Positions 54,026-63,079 of a DNA stretch of 64,000 nucleotides are shown one piece after another (position 1 is the stretch's first letter; each line of letters begins with the position of its first letter). Made by a program: the position numbers and the translations under genes. The notes below the pieces were generated by a model. It was not told the DNA's origin. It saw only the letters and a list, made by a program, of their open reading frames with translations, and made no database searches. The stretch spans positions 259,307 to 323,306 of the forward strand of contig CAWFCE010000001.1 in assembly GCA_963814275.1 (NCBI GenBank). Reading direction: 5' to 3'. Source of the DNA: Candidatus Parcubacteria bacterium (GTDB taxonomy: Bacteria; Patescibacteriota; Patescibacteriia; Patescibacteriales; UBA12075).

Positions 54026-55048
54026 ATGTATTCTTATGCATCAGCCAGATTCATGTATGAGGCGTTTTGGAGGCCTAAGGACCGGCAAACTTGGGATGAC
54101 GGAACAAACGAAGTAATATGGGATGGGTCGCCGTATTTCAAACTCCGTTTATTCCGCCGACTGGGAGCTAAGAAGCGGCATAATTGCATAGTATTGTTTC
54201 CGCCTCATGCCGGGCGGCATCCCAATGTCACCAACCGGCTTATCGCCACCTGCCAGAATATCGGTTTTGACGTTTACGTATTCGAACAGATCGCCGGTAA
54301 TTTTTTCAACCGCAATCTGAAATTGGCCGAATTGGTCGGATACGGCCGGGATTGCTGGAATTTCATTGCCGATCCTAAAATTATGATCGGCGTGTGCCAG
54401 GGTTTGTGGTACAGCATTTTTGTCGCCGACCGGATCGTCGCCGGCGACAAGCCGGTTGCCCAGTTCGGTTTTGCCGGACCGGTCGATTTTCACGCGGGAA
54501 ACGGTTATATCAAGAATGCCTGCCAGCTTGTCCCGATCGATTTTATCAGATTGATCATCAATATGAATTTCGGCCTGCAGTCCGGCTTGGTGCAATGGTC
54601 GAATTTCGCGTTAATGGATCCAAAAGCAGTCTTTTGGGACAATTACATGAAACTCTTCGGATATATTTTGGCAGGAAATGAGCAAAAGATCGGCGAATGG
54701 CACGATATCGATTCCTGGTATCTGGATTGTTATGACTTACCGGGGAGAGTAATCGAGGAAGTTTTTGAAAGTCTTTTCAAAAACAACAAGCTGATAGAAA
54801 TGGTCGATTTGAGAAAATTCGATTGGCCGCTTCGTCTCTATGCCGGTAAGCGGGATAAGATCACCCCGTCCGTACAAACCTTTGCCATGGCCGACCTGGT
54901 CAGCACCGGTCCGGAGCAGGTCAGGAAATACTTGTTCGAAGAATGCGGCCATACCGCCGTATTCTGCCACGAAGAGCCGCTACAACAAGCATCGCTCGAC
55001 CTTATGGAAATCGAAAAGAATTGGGATAATATGCGAATGGCCGCCTAG
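54026..55048 (+). CDS. Alpha/beta-hydrolase fold protein with a G-x-C-x-G nucleophile elbow (class III PHA-synthase-like)
   Basis: IGVCQGLW (Cys at about residue 124), a later GKRDKITP (Asp), and ECGHTAVF (His). The layout and about 340-aa size recall PhaC class III. Tentative. Confidence 0.4.
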   Translation: MYSYASARFMYEAFWRPKDRQTWDDGTNEVIWDGSPYFKLRLFRRLGAKKRHNCIVLFPPHAGRHPNVTNRLIATCQNIGFDVYVFEQIAGNFFNRNLKLAELVGYGRDCWNFIADPKIMIGVCQGLWYSIFVADRIVAGDKPVAQFGFAGPVDFHAGNGYIKNACQLVPIDFIRLIINMNFGLQSGLVQWSNFALMDPKAVFWDNYMKLFGYILAGNEQKIGEWHDIDSWYLDCYDLPGRVIEEVFESLFKNNKLIEMVDLRKFDWPLRLYAGKRDKITPSVQTFAMADLVSTGPEQVRKYLFEECGHTAVFCHEEPLQQASLDLMEIEKNWDNMRMAA

Positions 55049-55233
55049 TATCCGCGGCGATATTTCAAAATTGAAAGGGGACTGGACAAACTATCCGGCC
55101 CCTTTTTTAATTTATAATAATTATTGAATTTAATTCAAAATTCGGGCACAAAGAGTCCGGTAGGGAAGAAAATGTTACGATTTATTAAAATATGCGTTAT
55201 AATAAGAGGAGAGTATATTATTAAATTCAAATT

Positions 55234-55977
55234 ATGAAAAAACTTCATTTCACCCTGGCGGTCATTTTGATATTGGCCGTAACGGGTATTGTGGTAACAT
55301 CGCTTTTGGTCCTGAAACAAAAGCAGACCGAAGACCGGTTTTCCATAACCGGTTCGGGAACGGTTTATGCCAAGGCCGATATCGCCAATATCGAGGTGGG
55401 ACTGAAAACCGGCACGAAAAAAACAGCCGCGGACGCGTCTACCGATGCCACGGATAAGATGAACAAGATCGTGGAGGCGGTGAGGACGCTCGGAGTCGAC
55501 GAAAAGGACATCAAGACCTCCGGCTACACTTTAAACCCGGTTTACAATTGGACCGAGGCCAGGGGGCAGCAGCTTATCGGATATGAAGTATCGCAGAATA
55601 TAACATTGAAGATAAGGGATTTGGGAAAGATCGGTGATGTGATAGCGCGGACGACCGAACAAGGCGCGAACCAGATCGGCGATATCTCCTTCACCATCGA
55701 CGACGAATATGGCCTGAAAAATCAGGCTAGGGAATTGGCGATTGGGAAAGCCAAGGAAAAAGCGGTATCGATCGCACAGCAGACTGGAATGAAGCTGGGT
55801 AAGATCAAAAGTTTTTACGAAAACGCTTCCCCGGTCGTGCCCAGCCCTCTCGATTATTCCAACATCAGGATGGAAGCGGCAAAAACCGCTAATGATTCGG
55901 TTTTGGCTAGCCCGGAGATCCAACCCGGCCAGAATGAGGTCAAAGTCGAGGTGACATTAGTTTATGAAGTGAAATAA
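55234..55977 (+). CDS. SIMPL/DUF541 family periplasmic protein
   Basis: Signal anchor followed by TGSGTVYAKADIANIEVGL, GYEVSQNITLKIRDL.KIGDVI, and A.ELAIGKAKEKA. Confidence 0.85.
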   Translation: MKKLHFTLAVILILAVTGIVVTSLLVLKQKQTEDRFSITGSGTVYAKADIANIEVGLKTGTKKTAADASTDATDKMNKIVEAVRTLGVDEKDIKTSGYTLNPVYNWTEARGQQLIGYEVSQNITLKIRDLGKIGDVIARTTEQGANQIGDISFTIDDEYGLKNQARELAIGKAKEKAVSIAQQTGMKLGKIKSFYENASPVVPSPLDYSNIRMEAAKTANDSVLASPEIQPGQNEVKVEVTLVYEVK

Positions 55978-56118
55978 AACGAATTTCCCTTGATACAATT
56001 CGGCCATAGCCGCAAAACGGCTGTGGCCGTTTTTGTTTGTAATTACTTTTTTCCGGCGATGTGATATAATGCAAATCAGGAGGAAATCTAACGATTTTTT
56101 TATTTTTATAATAATATT

Positions 56119-56670
56119 ATGGAAAACAACGTGAAAAAATCACAGCCGGATCCGGAGAAAAAATATTCTTCCAGGGTCCACCCCTGGTATCTTAAAATGG
56201 GAGTATTGCTTGTCGTCCTCGTGCTATTGCTGGCGTTGATCGCAGGCATGCACGGAGGCCGGCGCGAATTCGCGAAAAAAGTGGACTATGGCAGCGGAAA
56301 AATGCTGAATGTTCGCTGTGAAACAGGCGGGGCCGGTTGCAAGGCTATTTCAATCGGCAGGGGCGGAATTCCCGCTAATTTGAAACCGGGCAATATGATG
56401 TATTTCAATTGGAACGAAAGGGGGGAAGAGGAACAGGAAAGCAGAACCAGCCGGATATTCGGCGCTATCACAGCGATCGACGGCAACAAGATCACCGTTT
56501 ACGATAACGGCGCAACGGACCAGCCGGTTTTGTCATTAGCCGAAACCATGATTTTTTCGGAAGGAAAAGAAGTAGGCCTGAAAGCACTCTCGGCCGGCCA
56601 GGATGTCGTGGTGAACGGAACGATGAACTCGGAAAACATCCTGGAAGCCGTGAAGATAACAGTCCAATAA
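56119..56670 (+). CDS. Hypothetical single-pass membrane protein (DUF5666-like C-terminus)
   Basis: 183 aa with one TM helix and a C-terminal beta-rich region (ITAIDGNKITVYD...VVVNGT). Confidence 0.4.
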   Translation: MENNVKKSQPDPEKKYSSRVHPWYLKMGVLLVVLVLLLALIAGMHGGRREFAKKVDYGSGKMLNVRCETGGAGCKAISIGRGGIPANLKPGNMMYFNWNERGEEEQESRTSRIFGAITAIDGNKITVYDNGATDQPVLSLAETMIFSEGKEVGLKALSAGQDVVVNGTMNSENILEAVKITVQ

Positions 56671-56763
56671 ACAGTTAATCCGATAAACCAAGCCAGTTGC
56701 TGGTCCGATTTTCATTCAGTAACCGGCCGAAGATTCTTTAAACGCGATAAGCATATGCCAAAT

Positions 56764-56904
56764 ATGAAAGCTATGCAAATAAGCGCTCCGGGCGGCGATT
56801 TCGAGCTGATCGAAGTATTCCCCCTGGAAAAAGCGGCTGAAGCGTATGAAAAAATGATGAACGGCACCGTTAAATTCCGGTCCGTCCTTAAGATGGGTAA
56901 ATAA
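56764..56904 (+). pseudogene. Remnant of a zinc-type alcohol dehydrogenase (large internal deletion)
   Basis: The 46-aa ORF MKAMQISAPGGDFELIEVFPLEKAAEAYEKMMNGTVKFRSVLKMGK joins a typical ADH N-terminus directly to the typical ADH C-terminal helix/strand. Confidence 0.55.
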
Positions 56905-56913
56905 GCAAACAAT

Positions 56914-57459
56914 ATGTGCGGAGAATTGATAAAATTACATAACTATGGAGAGCCGGCCAAACCGCCCGGGGAGGGTGTGCCGGACAAGGTGATAAATCTG
57001 GAAGAGCGCCGCAAACAGAAAAAAGCCAATGAACTGGATAAAGCTTTCAAGACAGACAAAGACCGGGCAGCTGAAAATTCCAAGTATATTCTCGAGCAAA
57101 AATTTTCCGCCCTGGAAGAGAATATCAAAGATAGTATTGAGTTAGGCACAATTCGTACGGCCATTGTGGAGGAACCGCTGGCCCTGTTTTCCGGTGAACT
57201 TGCGCTGTCACCGGCAGCGGCGAAAAGCCTTGATTCCCTGTATAAGAAATTGATTTTCTCCCTGGAAAAACAAGGGATTAGCGATAAAATGGACAGGGAT
57301 ACCGCGCTTATCGGACTGATCCATGACGCGGCTCACGATCCCGTGCTGATCGCCGATTGCCCGCGGCTTTTCGGCGGCCTGGACGAAGCGATCGAGGCGG
57401 AGAATATGAGGAAATCGGAACAGGAACAGCAGGCCGCCGCGGGAAATAGGTTAAAATAA
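56914..57459 (+). CDS. Hypothetical protein
   Basis: 181-aa ORF, predicted helical and acidic. No motif was recognised. Confidence 0.4.
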   Translation: MCGELIKLHNYGEPAKPPGEGVPDKVINLEERRKQKKANELDKAFKTDKDRAAENSKYILEQKFSALEENIKDSIELGTIRTAIVEEPLALFSGELALSPAAAKSLDSLYKKLIFSLEKQGISDKMDRDTALIGLIHDAAHDPVLIADCPRLFGGLDEAIEAENMRKSEQEQQAAAGNRLK

Positions 57460-57548
57460 TTTACACTCGGACTATAAATTATCGAATATAAAACTACAGA
57501 GTTAATTCTGTAGTTTTTGGTTTTTTCGAAAAACCGTAAAATCCGGCC

Positions 57549-57584
57549 CTAAAACATAAAACACCCCCGAGAATCGGGGGTGTT
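57549..57584 (-). terminator. Rho-independent terminator after csp
   Basis: Minus-strand hairpin aacacccccga-ttc-tcgggggtgtt followed by a T-run. Confidence 0.75.
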
Positions 57585-57603
57585 TTCGCTATTTAAAAAA
57601 GTA

Positions 57604-57798
57604 TTAAGCTTTTTTAACCTGGACCGCGGCGTTTCCTTTGGGCGTGTTTTCGATTTCGAAAGTAACTTCATCGCCTTCGCGGAGCTGGCTGAATTCAACG
57701 CCATCAAGATTGTTGGCGTGGAAAAACAGCTCTTTGCCGTCATCCATAGAGATGAAACCGAAATTTTTGTCGGTCAACTTTTTGATTGTTCCCTGCAT
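57604..57798 (-). CDS. csp: Cold-shock protein (CspA family)
   Basis: 64 aa with RNP1-like KNFGFI and RNP2-like LFFHA motifs. Confidence 0.95.
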   Translation of the reverse strand: MQGTIKKLTDKNFGFISMDDGKELFFHANNLDGVEFSQLREGDEVTFEIENTPKGNAAVQVKKA

Positions 57799-58135
57799 AG
57801 TAATGTAAAGAAAAGTTTATTAAATTTATACCAAGAAGTAGAAATTCGACTTTATCTCTACACTCTTTTGATATATTCCCTGTTTTTCATCAGGGAGCCA
57901 GTAATTAACCAGCTACTCCATATTAGCATAAAGATATATATACGTCAATCTTTTTCGGGTGGATAAGGCCGGCAGAGTTCGGCAGAAGGTTTCTTTAATC
58001 TTGTGTATGTTCCGGTTGCATGATAAAATTGTATTTATGGCCCATTATATTCCTTTCGACCGCGGTACATATTGCCTCTTTTCCAATATTATATTAAAGT
58101 CGTAAATAACAAATTTATTAATTAATAATACCCAT

Positions 58136-58258
58136 ATGGCAAAAAGACCAACCGGCGTCGGTAAGAAGAAAAAATCACATTCTCATAAAACCGCCAAACG
58201 GCTGGAAATCAAGCGGTTGATGCTTGAAGAAAAGGCGAAGAAAAACAAGCGGAAATAG
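58136..58258 (+). CDS. Possible 40-aa highly basic small protein
   Basis: MAKRPTGVGKKKKSHSHKTAKRLEIKRLMLEEKAKKNKRK, followed by a strong terminator at 58273-58310. Not in the ORF track because it is under 60 aa. Confidence 0.3.
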   Translation: MAKRPTGVGKKKKSHSHKTAKRLEIKRLMLEEKAKKNKRK

Positions 58259-58339
58259 CATATCCATAAAAACAAAAATCACCCCCGAACATTTGGGGGC
58301 GGTTTTTATTTTGTCGGTATTCGATGATTGGTTCCGGCT

Positions 58340-59098
58340 TTATTTGGATCTGGCCAGCACCGGTTGAAGCTTCTTGAGGCCAAGCAGAATGATCCTTTGC
58401 TCGATATATTTATAGATGTATTTTATAACAGCCCAGTAGATATACGAGATCATATGGAGGTATTTCTTGGGGAAAGTCACGTTGCGGAAGCGGCCCCGCC
58501 TGATCGAATCCAGCACGCTTTCGATGCTCAATTCGTCCGCCTCGATCAGGCAATAATCAGTGTCCAGTTTTTTGAGGACATGGACATCGGCAGTGGCGAC
58601 CATCGGTTTTTTAAATTCTTTGGCGACCGATTCGGCTATTTTATTCTTGTTGCGCCTGATCGAATAGAGCCATGAGTGTTCGACCGCGTCGAACAGACCG
58701 ATGTATTTGCGCAGATTCTTGAGGCCGATCGATACGATCCGGCTATAGGTCGGGTGGGGCGACAGGATAAAAATATCCGGATGTGTTTCTTTGTATTCGA
58801 TAAGCTGTTTGAAATTCCTTACTTTCTCGATCGATTTGTCGCAGTTCAAAATAATAACGTGCTTGCCCGATACCCGCCCGAGGTTTTTTTCCACTCCCGG
58901 TATCAAAAGAATGCCCTTGCGGCGGGCATATTCGGCGTAAACCTTTTTGAAGACGAATTTTTGATGCGGCGTGAAACCCAGGACCCGGAAGCCGCACCGT
59001 TTGGCCTCGTCGATCATTTGATAGATATTGTAATTTATCAAATGGCCGTCTTTTCTGTCTTCTTTGGTGTGGATATGCAGACTGGTTTTGAGAGTCAT
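58340..59098 (-). CDS. PHP-domain metal-dependent phosphoesterase
   Basis: N-terminal LHIHTKEDRKDGH (the HxH of a PHP domain) with later His/Asp positions. 252 aa. Confidence 0.7.
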   Translation of the reverse strand: MTLKTSLHIHTKEDRKDGHLINYNIYQMIDEAKRCGFRVLGFTPHQKFVFKKVYAEYARRKGILLIPGVEKNLGRVSGKHVIILNCDKSIEKVRNFKQLIEYKETHPDIFILSPHPTYSRIVSIGLKNLRKYIGLFDAVEHSWLYSIRRNKNKIAESVAKEFKKPMVATADVHVLKKLDTDYCLIEADELSIESVLDSIRRGRFRNVTFPKKYLHMISYIYWAVIKYIYKYIEQRIILLGLKKLQPVLARSK

Positions 59099-59266
59099 AA
59101 GCAGTAATTATATTATATCATAAAATGTAATTTTGCCCAAACTCGAAAAAATATCGCTAACTAGCGTAATATTATTCAAAAAAATTGCTACCAGGCTGTC
59201 AAAAGAGTATAATATAATAAAGTGCAGAAATAATTGGTTTTTTAATTTCTTTGGTTAATTCAACAA

Positions 59267-59611
59267 ATGACATCTGTGGAAAACAATAATATTAACACTG
59301 GCACTTGTCCGGTGTGCCATCAGGGGATTGCGGCCGAATTTTATTTCTGCCCGAATTGCGGTAATAGCCTCAAAGAAAAGCCAACCCCGGTTTCCGGCTT
59401 GGCCCAGATCGGCGTATACTGCCTGGCGGTTTTCCTGCCGCCATTGGGCCTGTGGCCAGGCATCAAATATTTGTCAAAAAAGAGCCCGCAGGCAAAAAGG
59501 GTCGGTATTATTGCGATTGCCTTGACCTTGGCTTCATCGGCTATAACTATTTGGGCAACTTTCGCGCTTTTTAATAATTATCTTAATCAGATAAACTCGT
59601 TGTTATACTGA
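59267..59611 (+). CDS. Zinc-ribbon membrane protein
   Basis: CPVCHQG...FCPNCGN followed by two TM helices. Confidence 0.5.
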   Translation: MTSVENNNINTGTCPVCHQGIAAEFYFCPNCGNSLKEKPTPVSGLAQIGVYCLAVFLPPLGLWPGIKYLSKKSPQAKRVGIIAIALTLASSAITIWATFALFNNYLNQINSLLY

Positions 59612-59769
59612 AATTCAAGGGGTTAGATAGGGGATTATATTATCGCCAATGTTAAAATAGGGTAATGTAAGAGTTAAAATTACCAGCTCGGTTGACAATT
59701 TTTAAAAATTATGATATAAATAACACATCCTGCGTCTCGCCGGTAGCGAGGCGTTTTTATTTGAATTAT

Positions 59770-61566
59770 ATGGAAATAAGAAATATTGCTATCATCGCCC
59801 ATGTCGATCACGGCAAAACGACCCTGACCGATGCTTTGATGCGCCAAACCAAGATGGCGGAAGAAGGCGTGAGCATGGATTCGAACACCCTGGAGAAGGA
59901 AAGGGGTATTACGATCTATTCGAAAAACACCTCGCTTATTTATAAGGATTCGAAGATAAATATCGTCGATACGCCCGGACACGCCGATTTCAGCTCTGAG
60001 GTGGAGCGTATTTTGCGGTCGATCGATTCGGTATTGCTTCTGGTCGACGCCCAGGAGGGGCCAATGCCGCAGACCAAATTCGTACTGAAGAAATCGCTTG
60101 AACTGGGCCTCAAGCCTATTGTCGTGATCAACAAGATCGATAAGCCGGCGGCCCGTCCCGAGGCAGTCCACGATATGGTCCTTGAACTCTTCATGGATCT
60201 GGGCGCTACCAACGAACAGCTTGATTTCGTCGCCGTGTATGCCAACGCCAAGCGCGGCGTCGCGATCAGGAAACTGGGGGATCCCGAACAGGACCTATCG
60301 CCGCTGTTGGACCTTATCATCGAGAATGTGGCTCCGGCTTCAAGCGAAGAGGCGGACCGCCTGCCGTTGCGCATGCAGCCGTTCAACCTGGCCTACGACA
60401 ATTATGTCGGCCGGATGGCGATCGGGCGGATATACGAAGGCCGGGTCAAAGCGGGCATGAAGGTGGTCGTCAAGGAGAGCGAAGAGCGGTTTCGGACCGG
60501 CAAGATCAGCAATTTGTATACTTTTTACGGCTTGGAGCGCCGTGAAGTGGAAGAAGCGGGGGCCGGCGATATCGTAATGGTGGCCGGGCTGCCTGATATC
60601 TATATCGGGGAAACGATCTGCGCGAACAGCGAACAGGCGATACTGCCGGCGATCAAGATCGATGACCCGACGATCAGCCTCGACCTGATGGTCAATAATT
60701 CCCCCCTGGCCGGCAAAGAAGGCAAGCATGTAACCGGAGGCAAGCTCAAAGAGCGGCTGGAAAAAGAGCTCGAGGTCAATGTCGGATTGAAGATCGGTTT
60801 CGACAAAAGCGGGGGCCGCTACAAGCTTTATGGCCGGGGCGAGCTGCATATCGCCATCCTGCTCGAGAATATGCGCCGCGAAGGCTTCGAGATGCAGGTT
60901 TCCCAGCCAAAAGTAATCATCAAAAACGAAAACGGCAAAAAACTCGAGCCGTATGAGGAGGTAATCATTGATGTTCCGAAGGAAATGGCCGGCCAGGTGA
61001 TAGAGAAATTTTCCCGGCGTAAAGGCCGGATGATCGATATGCGCATCGAGGAAAAGGACCAGCGCCTGATCTTCGAGATTCCCACCCGGGGCATACTGGG
61101 TTATCGGGGGGAGTTCATCATCGATACCCGGGGCGAAGGCATCATGACCAGCCGGGTGGTCGGCTTCAAGGAATACGCCGGCGAGATCGATAAGCACGAG
61201 CCAGGCTCGATGGTATCGATGGAAAACGGCAAAGCGCTGGCCTATGCGCTCTGGAACCTGGAAGAACGGGGTAAAATGTACATCCCGCCGAATACCGAGG
61301 TCTATAGCGGCATGGTGATCGGCGATGTTGCCAAAGGCAACGATATGTGGGTAAATCCGATCAAAGGCAAAAAGCTCACCAATGTGCGGGCTTCCGGTTC
61401 CGATGACGCGATCATTCTGACCCCGCCGCTGCTCATTACCCTGGAAAGGGGCCTGGAGATCATGAAAGAGGACGAATTCCTGGAAATCACGCCCTTGAGC
61501 GTGCGCCTGAGAAAAGAATATCTGACCCAGACAGCCAAAGCGAAGCTGGAAAAAGGATTAACATAG
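59770..61566 (+). CDS. typA: Translational GTPase TypA/BipA
   Basis: IRNIAIIAHVDHGKTTL, DTPGHADF, NKID, and EF-G-like domains. The start is at ATG 59770 (MEIRN). Confidence 0.95.
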   Translation: MEIRNIAIIAHVDHGKTTLTDALMRQTKMAEEGVSMDSNTLEKERGITIYSKNTSLIYKDSKINIVDTPGHADFSSEVERILRSIDSVLLLVDAQEGPMPQTKFVLKKSLELGLKPIVVINKIDKPAARPEAVHDMVLELFMDLGATNEQLDFVAVYANAKRGVAIRKLGDPEQDLSPLLDLIIENVAPASSEEADRLPLRMQPFNLAYDNYVGRMAIGRIYEGRVKAGMKVVVKESEERFRTGKISNLYTFYGLERREVEEAGAGDIVMVAGLPDIYIGETICANSEQAILPAIKIDDPTISLDLMVNNSPLAGKEGKHVTGGKLKERLEKELEVNVGLKIGFDKSGGRYKLYGRGELHIAILLENMRREGFEMQVSQPKVIIKNENGKKLEPYEEVIIDVPKEMAGQVIEKFSRRKGRMIDMRIEEKDQRLIFEIPTRGILGYRGEFIIDTRGEGIMTSRVVGFKEYAGEIDKHEPGSMVSMENGKALAYALWNLEERGKMYIPPNTEVYSGMVIGDVAKGNDMWVNPIKGKKLTNVRASGSDDAIILTPPLLITLERGLEIMKEDEFLEITPLSVRLRKEYLTQTAKAKLEKGLT

Positions 61567-61585
61567 TATAAACCATTATTATATT

Positions 61586-61680
61586 ATTCGTGATTCGTGC
61601 ATATTCGTAGTTAATCGGTGAATATTAGTTTAAATGCTAATTAACACGAATCTAATGCTAATTTTCAATAATCACGAATT
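61586..61680. repeat. Intergenic word palindrome (attcgtg / cacgaat words)
   Basis: Left arm attcgtgattcgtgcatattcgtag; right arm cacgaatctaatgc...aatcacgaat. Confidence 0.7.
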
Positions 61681-61698
61681 ATAAATTAAGTTTGCTAA

Positions 61699-62994
61699 AT
61701 GCAAAATATGAAAAATATCACAAGACAAGAAAAGACGAATTTCTACGGGCTGGGCATCGCGCCGCGGCTTTTGGAGATACTCGAAGAATTGGGCTATCGG
61801 TCGCCGACCCCGATCCAGTGGCAATCCATACCCGCCAGCTTAGAGGGGAAGGATCTGGTCGGTATCGCCCAGACGGGAACCGGCAAGACGCTGGCTTTCG
61901 GCATTCCTATGCTACAGCGCCTGGCCGCCAGCGGCGGCAAAGGCCTGGTCGTTTTGCCGACCCGGGAGCTGGCCCTGCAGGTCGATGAAAGCCTGCGTAC
62001 GATCGGCCGGAAGATCGGTCTGCGGACGGCGGTGCTGATCGGCGGCGAAGCGATGCCGAAACAGCTCAATGCCCTCAGGCGCAAGCCCCATATCATAGTG
62101 GCTACGCCGGGCCGGCTGTCCGACCATGCCGGACGGGGGACGGTCCGGCTGGATGACGTCAAGATATTGGTGCTCGACGAAGCGGATATGATGCTTGACA
62201 TGGGCTTCCTGCCGCAGATCAAGGATATCCTCAGGCTGGTCCCGCGCGAGCGGCAAACCATGCTTTTTTCCGCCACCATTCCGAACGAGATCATGAAGAT
62301 CGCCGCGGAGTATATGGCCTTGCCGATCAGGATCGAAGTGGCGCCGTCCGGTACGGCCGCGGAAAACGTGGAACACGAAGTGATCGTGATAGACCGGGAA
62401 GCCAAGTTTGGACAATTGAAGAAGATCTTGGCGGACGCCAAGGGTTCGACCCTGGTTTTCGCGCGCACCAAGCACGGTGTCAAAAACCTGGCCCATAAAA
62501 TAAGCGATAGCGGAATCAAGGCGGCGGAAATCCATTCCAACCGCACTCTGGTCCAGCGCCGCCAAGCCTTGGACGGATTTAAGCTCGGCGCCTACCGGGT
62601 GTTGGTCGCGACCGACATCGCTGCGCGCGGGATCGATGTCAAGGGTATCGAATTGGTGGTCAACTACGACTTGCCGGAGAACTCGGAGAATTATGTGCAT
62701 CGCATCGGCCGCACCGGCCGCGCGGGCGAGAGCGGCAAAGCTATCTCCTTCGCCCTGCCGAACCAGCTGAGGGACCTCCGGGATATCGAAAGATTGATCC
62801 ATAAGTCATTGAATATCACCAAACTGGCAGCGACACCGTTTACCCCCCAGATGCCGTCTGGCGGCGGTAGCCGCGGATTCGGCCGTAATTCCGGCCCGAA
62901 ACGCGGACCAAGCGGCCCGAAACCGGCTTATCAAAGATACAAACCGAAAGCCTATAGCCGGCGCAGCAAGCCGAGCGGCAGGAATAGCCGGTAA
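61699..62994 (+). CDS. DEAD-box ATP-dependent RNA helicase
   Basis: AQTGTGKT, PTRELA, DEAD, SAT, and HRIGRTGRAG, with a basic C-terminal tail. Confidence 0.95.
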   Translation: MQNMKNITRQEKTNFYGLGIAPRLLEILEELGYRSPTPIQWQSIPASLEGKDLVGIAQTGTGKTLAFGIPMLQRLAASGGKGLVVLPTRELALQVDESLRTIGRKIGLRTAVLIGGEAMPKQLNALRRKPHIIVATPGRLSDHAGRGTVRLDDVKILVLDEADMMLDMGFLPQIKDILRLVPRERQTMLFSATIPNEIMKIAAEYMALPIRIEVAPSGTAAENVEHEVIVIDREAKFGQLKKILADAKGSTLVFARTKHGVKNLAHKISDSGIKAAEIHSNRTLVQRRQALDGFKLGAYRVLVATDIAARGIDVKGIELVVNYDLPENSENYVHRIGRTGRAGESGKAISFALPNQLRDLRDIERLIHKSLNITKLAATPFTPQMPSGGGSRGFGRNSGPKRGPSGPKPAYQRYKPKAYSRRSKPSGRNSR

Positions 62995-63079
62995 GGCCGG
63001 GTATAAACCGCAAAATTTTGCTATAATAATTGCGGTAGCATCCGGGAGATTCTATGATAAAAGTAAGCAGAGCTTCACT

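Noticed and set aside
59735-59769. A hairpin plus T-run (gtctcgc-cggta-gcgaggc ttttt) between the typA promoter and start codon, possibly an attenuator.
   Set aside because: It is a short 7-bp stem with a wobble pair, with no alternative antiterminator or leader peptide discernible. It is too weak to call.
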